From Macrostomum lignano (taxonomy: Eukaryota): a stretch of DNA of 64,000 bases. Shown here piece by piece: positions 56,601 to 64,000 of the stretch. Numbering within the stretch: the stretch's first letter is position 1; every line of letters begins with the position of its first letter. The translations under genes were made by a program, and so were the position numbers. Under the pieces are notes generated by a model. It was not told where the DNA came from. It saw nothing but the letters and a program-made list of their open reading frames with translations, and ran no database searches. The stretch spans positions 3,258-67,257 of the forward strand of contig NIVC01002957.1 of assembly GCA_002269645.1 (NCBI GenBank). The letters run 5' to 3'.

Positions 56601-59600
56601 CTCTCTCACCCTCTCTTTCACACTCTCATCACGCACCCTCCTCGCACACACGCACCCATCCCTCGAAAGAGAAAGTTCAGGCAATTCATGAAGCTCCAAC
56701 ACCAACTAACGTGTCAGAGATTCGTTCCTTGATAGGGATGAGCAGCCATTATGGAAAGTTTATTCCAAACCTATCATCAATACTGGTACCTCTCAACAGA
56801 CTGTTGCACAAAGACGCAGAGTTTCATTGGGGTGAGGCGTGTTCGGCAGCATTCGAGAAAGTGAAGGCAACTCTAACTTCTGAGCGTGTTCTGGCTCATT
56901 TTGATCCTAAGAAGCAGCTTGTGTTGCAAACGGACGCCTCCAAATATGGAATCGGGTGTGTCATCTCACATTTGATGCCGAATGGCGAGGAAAGGCCTGT
57001 AGCGTTTGCTTCGAGAACTCTAACAAAACCTGAGATCAACTACTCTCAACTAGAGAAAGAAGCGCTGGCCATCGTCTTCGGAGTTAAAAGATTTCACCAA
57101 TATCTTTTTGGACATCATTTTATACTAGTGACTGACCATAAACCCCTACTGACCATTTTTGGAGATAAGAAGGACATTCCGAGCATAGCAGCAAGCCGAC
57201 TTCAGCGCTGGGCCGTGTTACTTTCTGCCCATCAGTATACCATCAAATTCAGAAGAACAGAGGATCATTCGAATGCTGACGCACTTTCACGTCTCCCAGT
57301 GCCTGGTAATATCAGCAAGGTTGATCGTGTCTTGGAGGTCAGGCTAGAAATGCTACCAGTCAACGCAGAAACAATACGAACCGAGACACAGAAAGATTCA
57401 CAGCTTCAGAGAGTTCTTCGATACTGTCAAAATGATTGGCCAGAAACCTGTGAGCAAGAGCTGGAACAGTTCTTCAGGAAGCGGAACGAGTTGTGCATTG
57501 AGCAAGGTGTGCTGTTTTGGGGAGTAAGAGTCATTATTCCAAGAAGCGTACAACAGGTTGTGTTAGAACTGCTTCATGATGTACATCCAGGAATTGTTGC
57601 AATGAAATCCATAGCTAGACTGCATGTATGGTTCCCAGGAATCGACAAGGCTATAGAAGCCCTAGTCCGTAGTTGTGAAGGCTGTCAGCTGCAAAGGAAT
57701 TTGCCTGCACAAGCACCAGTTAAGCCTCTTGTCTGGCCAGAAAAGCCTTGGACTCGAATTCAACTGGACTACATGGGACCATTCCATGGATACTACTGGC
57801 TTGTCATAGTCGATGCAACTAGTAAATGGGTTGAGATCTTTCCCATGAAGCACGCAACTACCAACAGGACGATAGAATGTCTACGAGAAACGTTCGCACG
57901 ATTTGGCATCCCACAGCAAGTGTTGAGTGACAATGGAAGCCAGTTCTGCTCAGCTGAGTTCCGTACTTTCCTAGAGCGGAATAACATCCGACAGATTTTG
58001 ACAGCTGTTGGACATCCGCGTACCAACGGACTTAGTGAAAGAATGGTGCAAACAGCAAAGTCTGCCATCAAAGCAGGAATTAAGACTCACAGTGATCCAA
58101 TCTTGAGCATGCAGAACTTTCTGTTCCGCTACCGCAGTACACCTCATTCAACAACCGGTAGAACACCAGCAGAGATGATGTTATGCTACAGTCGCAGGAC
58201 ACGGTTGGATTTTCTCAAGCCGGATGCTTACTCAAGAGTGTTGAACAAGCAGACGGATGTCACTGAACGACAAATAGAGAGAGAATCAACTATTCGAGAA
58301 TTTCAAGAAGGAGACTCAGTTCTGACGTTGGACTTCAGAAGGGAGCGAGAAAACAGGTGGATCTCTGCCAAGGTGATCGCCCGCACAGGACCGCTGTCCT
58401 ATAGACTGTTGGTCAACGGACAAGTCTGGAAGCGACACATCGACCAAATTGTCAGTGCAGAATTACCTGGACAGAACAAGCCGGAGGCTCATCACCCACC
58501 GCCTATTCTGAAGGATCCTAGGAGAGTTCAGAGTGACAAAACTACCACCGAGAAAGAGCGGCGAGAGAGTGAATCAACTCAACCGGTCCAAGACGTGCCA
58601 AGCCGAGGAGAATCTCAGACAGCGGACACAGACCAAGATGACGCTGACCCTGGAGCAGAAGGCGTGGGCACAAGGATACTGAGGGATCGAAGCAAATTGA
58701 GAAAAACGGATTGGTTGCAATACAGTGAATAATTCCGGATAACTGACAATGCAACTTTTTATTGACAAAAGGGGGAATGTTGTATATTAGCAGAGAAGAC
58801 ACAGAGTATGCCCCCAGCCCAATGTTTTGTTGTCTAGGGCACAACCTATTATTTTATAATAAAGTAGTTACGAGATGAATCCCAAGAGGAGTTTGTATCA
58901 ACCAGAGCAAAACGATAGCTCGAACCGCTTAAGCGAACCATTGTCTTCTTACTTAAATGTAGCAGCTCCACGTCGGAGAAGAAGACATAACAATGAGAGA
59001 GGGTGTGAAAAAGGGTGTGAGAGAGGGAGTGAAAGAGGATTTGAAAAAAAGTGTGAAACAGGGTATTAGAGAAGATGTGAGAGGGTATGTGAGAGGGTGT
59101 GTGAGAGGGTGTGTGAGAGGTTGTGTGAAAGGTTGTGTGAGAGGGTGTGTGAGAGGGTGTGTGAGAGGGTGTGTGAGAGGTTGTGTGAGAGGTTGTGTGA
59201 GAGGGTGTGTGAGAGGGTGTGTGAGAGGGTGTGTGAGAGGTTGTGTGAGAGGTTGTGTGAGAGGGTGTGTCAGAGGGTGTGTGAGAGGGTGTGTGAGAGG
59301 GTGTGTGAGAGGGTGTGTGAAAGGTTGTGTGAGAGGGTGTGTGAGAGGGTGTGTGAGAGGGTGTGTGAGAGAGTGTGTGAGAGGGTGTGTGAGAGGGTGT
59401 GTGAGAGGGTGTGTGAGAGGGTATGAGAGGTGTGAGAGAGAGTGTCCGGGAGTTCGGAAGCCGCTGGAATCCCCGGCCGCGAACCCCCGGCTCACCGATG
59501 AGCTTGGCCAGGTAGCTGATGTAGGAGCCCCTCAGGCCGATGGCGCTGGCCACGCAGTCCGAGTTCTCCAGCAGGAAGACGGCCTGCAGGCGCTTGCGCA

Positions 59601-61835
59601 GCACCCGCGGCTCGCTGATCAGGTCGTCCTTGACGATGGTCGTCTCCTCGTCGACCCTGCACCGGACGCAGCTGTAGGGCGTGTTGATGTTCACCAGCTC
59701 GTTCCGGCAGCGGTCGGTGTACTGCACGGCCACCTCGCAGATGTCCTTGCCGAGACGGGCGAAGGCGCGGCACAGGTCCAGGTAGGGCCGAGGGTTGACT
59801 GTGCTGAAGCACTTGTCGAACGAGAAGCTGCGCCGAGAGAACCAAAGCTGGCAGTTGGCCTCGGCTTCCGGCGACTCCACCGCCGGCGAGAGGGTGGCGT
59901 CGGGTCCGCCGGTCTCGGTGGCGAGGCACCTGCCGGAGGTCCAGTAGCGGATGTGCGAGTCCGGCTACCGCCTTGAAGGTCGTTGGCCCTGTGGCCGTCG
60001 TTGCTGCCGGCCATGCCGTCGACGCGGGCCTGGTAGAGAGGGTGCACCCGCAGCAAGCAGGAGTCGGTGATGGAGTTGCACCGCAGCAGCAGGGTGTTGC
60101 GCAGCGTCTCGCCGTGGAAGCGGACGAGCAGGCGGCTCTTCTTGCGCTCCGCCTGCACCAGCCGGCCGCCGACGTAGCGACTCATCGGGAGCTTCTCGAT
60201 GCGGCCGTTGACTTTGAGAACGCCGCTGGGGCTGATTGAGTACTGCACGCTGCCGAACCTCACCAGCAGGTCGTGCCGCACCGCCGTCCCGTTCACTTCG
60301 CGGTAGCTCTGGGCCACGGTGAACTCATTCAGCCGGAAGTCGTGCGCCAGGACGTAGCTGCATGGCAACGGGTTCACCAGGCTGATCCCGTCGAAGGTGA
60401 TGAGGCTGCGGCCGCCTGCCAGCACCGCCGTCCGGTGCCGCATCGCCAGCTGGCGCGCCAACGGGTCCCACAGGCCGGCGTCCATCTGGCGCCAGTCGTT
60501 GAACATCGACAGCAGCACGTAGCAGTCGGACGAGGCGGCGAACAGTCTTAGCTGCAGGGTGTTCCGTAGACACAGCGGGGAGGCGAGGGTCGCCCATTCC
60601 GCTTCAGCGAACAGTCGGTCTCGGAATCGACGCGCCGTTGCTCGAATCGATCGAACTCGGGCCAGGCGGCGGCGCCAAACCCGCGGGCTCAGGCTGTCCA
60701 GGTACACCGGCGGGTACACGTCGCCAACCACCGCGGCGAAGGCGGCGTCTCCGCTTTCTCGGCATTTGGCGTCGCAGACAGGCCGCCATACGCGCAGCCC
60801 GTAGGCGTCAGTCATCAGCATGCGGCGGACTGCGGCGGCGAACTCGCCGTTGCTGAGCAGCCGCCAGCTGTCTTCGAGGTTGCGCCAGTAGCCCAGCGAC
60901 CCCGGCCCAGCCAGCTGCCGCGCCAGCCGCAGCGGCCAGCTGAGGAGCCGCTCCTGCCGCTGGGCCGCGCCCGACCCGGCGCCGAAGTCGATCCACAACC
61001 GAAGCTCGTACAGCGCGTCGTCCAGCCACTTCTTCAGGCGGACCAAGTCGCCCAGGTGGCCAATGGCGAATGGCAGCAGGTCATCGGCCAGCAGCCCGAG
61101 TGAGTCGCTGACCGCTGCCTGCAGGGCCAGCTCGATCTGCAGCAGCGCCTTCGCCATCTCCGCATTGACGGAGCCCAACGACAGCAGCTGGCTCGCCCGC
61201 TCGGACAGCAGGCGCAGCACCGAGGCGGTCGCGCCGTCTCGGCCGGACACAGCGGCGCCGGAGCTCAGCATCCGGCGAAGGAAACTGTCCGAGACTTCCA
61301 GGCAGCCGGACAGCCAGTCGCTGACGAGGCCGGCCGCGGATTTGCCGGCGTCCAGGCCGGCACGCCAGGCGGCGAGCAGCGGCAGGCTGTCGACGAACTC
61401 GACCGCGGCGTCGGCGGCTAGCTGGACCCTCTCGGCCAGGCGCAGATCGACGAGGCCGACGCCGCCCTCGGACAGGCGGCTGGCGAGCCAGTCAGACAGC
61501 TCGGCGACTCGCCAGGAGGCGGCGCCGCTGAATCGCTTCAACAATCGGACGATGGCGCCGAGCCTCGGATCGCTGCCGGCCGCCTCGACGACGGCCTCGG
61601 CGTAGAGCTTCAGCGCAGTCAGGTCGGCCAGCAGCGGGTTGGTCGCTTCCTCGGCCAGCCGCTTGGCGTCCACCGACTTCAACAGGCGCTCGCCGGCCGC
61701 CCGCAGCAGGGCGTCGGACGCCGAGCCGAATGCGCGCAGGCTGGACGCCATCCAGGTGTCCAGCAGCGACTCCTTGAGGTGGGCGACGGCCGACTTCTGG
61801 CGGAAGTGCGGATGAGAGGCGCGTGAGTGCGGCAA
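47699..61835 (-). CDS. Apolipophorin/vitellogenin-like large lipid transfer protein, 3' part; exons 61835-59496, 49746-49470, 48874-48612, 47883-47699
   Basis: VWD-like segment (LAGGRSLITFDG...CSYVLAHDF...VNG..LP...CLL) followed by Cys-rich C8-like and VFLLE..C / EFGLAHFGG / CQRCSC segments, as in the apolipophorin C-terminus. Splice phases 1-2-1 are consistent. One frameshift near 59965. The 5' part lies beyond the window. Confidence 0.72.
47935..48450. repeat. 10-bp minisatellite (CTCTGCCACC)n, intronic
   Basis: Tandem copies. Confidence 0.95.
48955..49435. repeat. 27-28-bp G-rich minisatellite (GGGGTAGGAATTGGGGTGGCTGTCTATG)n, intronic
   Basis: Tandem copies. Confidence 0.93.
49790..50330. 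repeat. 33-36-bp purine-rich minisatellite (CAGGTGAGAGTAGAAAATGAGG...GGGTGGGTA)n, intronic
   Basis: Tandem copies. Confidence 0.93.
50389..53245 (+). mobile_element. Internally deleted BEL/Pao LTR retrotransposon
   Basis: LTRs 50389-50646 and 52983-53245 (TGTCG...CGACA), 5-bp TSD GCTTT, PBS TGGTAGCAGAG (initiator-Met type) at 50651-50661. Gag LPTFDG...FWDAF (DUF1759-like) has a premature TAA at 50942. RT motifs KIRPVVDAS, DLKAAFYQI and YVDN. No protease motif, RNase H or integrase seen. Confidence 0.92.
54230..55320 (-). pseudogene. Gypsy protease-RT (5' part), inverted relative to the element
   Basis: LDTGA protease, RICADF, FSKLD, YIDD and FLGYVI, broken at the I-H-P junction. Confidence 0.88.
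55307..56227 (-). pseudogene. Gypsy gag with two CCHC knuckles, premature stops
   Basis: Collinear ORFs 56012-56227, 55784-56008 and 55307-55738. Knuckles CFRCNAKDHWARSC and CSKCGRVGHLKDAC. Confidence 0.88.
56654..58732 (+). CDS. Gypsy RT C-terminus / RNase H / integrase
   Basis: HPSKEKV..., TDAS, YSQLEKEALA, TDHKPL, HHCC zinc domain, LDYMGP / SDNGSQF / NGLSERMV (DDE). Confidence 0.9.
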   Translation, partial: THPSKEKVQAIHEAPTPTNVSEIRSLIGMSSHYGKFIPNLSSILVPLNRLLHKDAEFHWGEACSAAFEKVKATLTSERVLAHFDPKKQLVLQTDASKYGIGCVISHLMPNGEERPVAFASRTLTKPEINYSQLEKEALAIVFGVKRFHQYLFGHHFILVTDHKPLLTIFGDKKDIPSIAASRLQRWAVLLSAHQYTIKFRRTEDHSNADALSRLPVPGNISKVDRVLEVRLEMLPVNAETIRTETQKDSQLQRVLRYCQNDWPETCEQELEQFFRKRNELCIEQGVLFWGVRVIIPRSVQQVVLELLHDVHPGIVAMKSIARLHVWFPGIDKAIEALVRSCEGCQLQRNLPAQAPVKPLVWPEKPWTRIQLDYMGPFHGYYWLVIVDATSKWVEIFPMKHATTNRTIECLRETFARFGIPQQVLSDNGSQFCSAEFRTFLERNNIRQILTAVGHPRTNGLSERMVQTAKSAIKAGIKTHSDPILSMQNFLFRYRSTPHSTTGRTPAEMMLCYSRRTRLDFLKPDAYSRVLNKQTDVTERQIERESTIREFQEGDSVLTLDFRRERENRWISAKVIARTGPLSYRLLVNGQVWKRHIDQIVSAELPGQNKPEAHHPPPILKDPRRVQSDKTTTEKERRESESTQPVQDVPSRGESQTADTDQDDADPGAEGVGTRILRDRSKLRKTDWLQYSE
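58995..59445. repeat. 12-bp (TGTGTGAGAGGG)n minisatellite; continues degenerate left of the Gypsy element (53660-54004)
   Basis: Tandem copies. The Gypsy element inserted into this array. Confidence 0.92.
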
Positions 61836-61899
61836 CTGCAAAAACAGGGACTAACAGGCTTCAAAAACAGGGCCGATGCAGTCTCAAACAGACAAACAG

Positions 61900-63950
61900 A
61901 CTTCCAAATACGGTACAGGTAAAAACAGGCTCATATCAGTCTGTATTCAAATACAGTACAGGTAAAAACAGGCTCATATCAGTCTGTATTCAAATTCAGT
62001 ACAGGTAAACACAGACTCATATCAGTCTGTATTCAAATACAGTACAGGTAAATACAGACTCATATCAGTCTGTATTCAAATACAGTACAGGTAAAAACAG
62101 ACTCATATCAGTCTGTATTCAAATTCAGTACAGGTAAAAACAGACTCATATCAGTCTGTATTCAAATACAGTACAGGTAAACACAGACTCATATCAGTCT
62201 GTATTCAAATACAGTACAGGTAAAAACAGACTCATATCAGTCTGTATTCAAATACAGTACAGGTAAATACAGACTCATATCATTCTGTATTCAAATTCAG
62301 TACAGGTAAAAACAGACTCAGATCAGTCTGTATTCAAATACAGTTCAAGTAAAAACAGACTCAGATCAGTCTGTATTCAAATTCAGTACAGGTAAATACA
62401 GACTCATATCAGTCTGTATTCAAATACAGTACAGGTAAAAACAGACTCATATCAGTCTGTATTCAAATACAGTACAGGTAAAAACAGACTCATATCAGTC
62501 TGTATTCAAATTCAGTACAGGTAAAAACAGACTCATATCAGTATGTATTCAAATACAGTACAGGTAAAAACAGACTCATATCAGTCTGTATTCAAATTCA
62601 GTACAGGTAAAAACAGACTCATATCAGTCTGTATTCAAATACAGTACAGGTAAATACAGACTCATATCATTCTGTATTCAAATACAGTACAGGTAAAAAC
62701 AGACTCATATCAGTCTGTATTCAAATACAGTACAGGTAAAAACAGACTCATATCAGTCTGTATTCAAATACAGTACAGGTAAATACAGACTCAGATCAGT
62801 CTGTATTCAAATACAGTTCAGGTAAAAACAGACTCAGATCAGTCTGTATTCAAATACAGTACAGGTAAATACAGACTCATATCATTCTGTATTCAAATTC
62901 AGTACAGGTAAAAAACAGACTCAGATCAGTCTGTATTCAAATACAGTTCAAGTAAAAACAGACTCAGATCAGTCTGTATTCAAATTCAGTACAGGTAAAT
63001 ACAGACTCATATCAGTCTGTATTCAAATACAGTACAGGTAAAAACAGACTCATATCAGTCTGTATTCAAATACAGTACAGGTAAAAACAGACTCATATCA
63101 GTCTGTATTCAAATTCAGTACAGGTAAAAACAGACTCATATCAGTATGTATTCAAATACAGTACAGGTAAAAACAGACTCATATCAGTCTGTATTCAAAT
63201 TCAGTACAGGTAAAAACAGACTCATATCAGTCTGTATTCAAATACAGTACAGGTAAATACAGACTCATATCATTCTGTATTCAAATACAGTACAGGTAAA
63301 AACAGACTCATATCAGTCTGTATTCAAATACAGTACAGGTAAAAACAGACTCATATCAGTCTGTATTCAAATACAGTACAGGTAAATACAGACTCAGATC
63401 AGTCTGTATTCAAATAGTTCAGGTAAAACAGACTCAGATCAGTCTGTATTCAAATTCAGTACAGGTAAAAACAGACTCATATCAGTCTGTATTCAAATAC
63501 AGTACAGGTAAAAACAGACTCATATCAGTCTGTATTCAAATACAGTACAGGTAAAAACAGACTCATATCAGTCTGTATTCAAATACAGTACAGGTAAATA
63601 CAGACTCATATCATTCTGTATTCAAATGCAGTACAGGTAAATACAGACTCATATCAGCCTGTATTCAAATTCAGTACAGGTAAAAACAGACTCATATCAG
63701 TCTATTCAAATACAGTACAGGTAAAAACAGACTCATATCAGTCTGTATTCAAATACAGTACAGGTAAATACAGACTCATATCATTCTGTATTCAAATGCA
63801 GTACAGGTAAATACAGACTCATATCAGCCTGTATTCAAATATAGTACAGGTAAATACAGACTCATATCAGTCTGTATTCAAATACAGTACAGGTAAATAC
63901 AGACTCATATCAGTCTGTATTCAAATGCAGTACAGGTAAATACAGACTCA
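61900..63950. repeat. 43-bp minisatellite with internal hairpin, intronic
   Basis: CAGTACAGGTAAAAACAGACTCATATCAGTCTGTATTCAAATA units. Confidence 0.97.
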
Positions 63951-64000
63951 TTGTAATTACGAGAAGTTACTTCATTCATTTAAGTTTTCGAACTGCTCTC

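Larger units (their letters stand above)
54005..58992 (+). mobile_element. Ty3/Gypsy (Mag-like) LTR retrotransposon with internal inversion and a third LTR
   Basis: LTRs 54005-54218 and 58778-58992 (TGTTG...TAACA), TSD ATGAG, PBS TGGCGACGAG, PPT AAAAGGGGGAA (58767-58777). An extra inverted LTR lies at 56228-56441. Confidence 0.93.

Overview
Animal nuclear genomic DNA with GC-rich exons and minisatellite-filled introns. A free-living flatworm such as Macrostomum is plausible, but that is inference only. The window has five parts. (1) 1-5554 is the right end of a Polinton/Maverick (adintovirus-like) element: packaging ATPase, major capsid protein, an unknown ORF, an HNH endonuclease, a PLA2-integrase and two small ORFs, ending in a terminal hairpin. 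(2) A ~10 kb inverted segmental duplication (5558-15740 vs 32597-43327) carries a C2H2 zinc-finger gene and the 3' exons of a secreted GH38-like/DUF5054 gene. (3) The spacer holds a TIR transposon containing a 5'-truncated Ngaro/DIRS retroelement, plus the 5' exons of the glycosidase gene. (4) An NPF/NPY-like neuropeptide precursor lies at 45667-45978. (5) The 3' part of an apolipophorin-like gene is on the minus strand; its 9.7 kb intron holds a BEL/Pao element and a rearranged Gypsy element with three LTRs. The best find is a 303-nt group I self-splicing intron (3203-3505) with a complete P1-P10 core. It splits the conserved TG|PG motif of the Polinton PLA2-integrase gene and lies about 110 nt downstream of a free-standing HNH endonuclease. 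This suggests an intron/endonuclease collaborative-homing unit inside an animal nuclear virus-like transposon.
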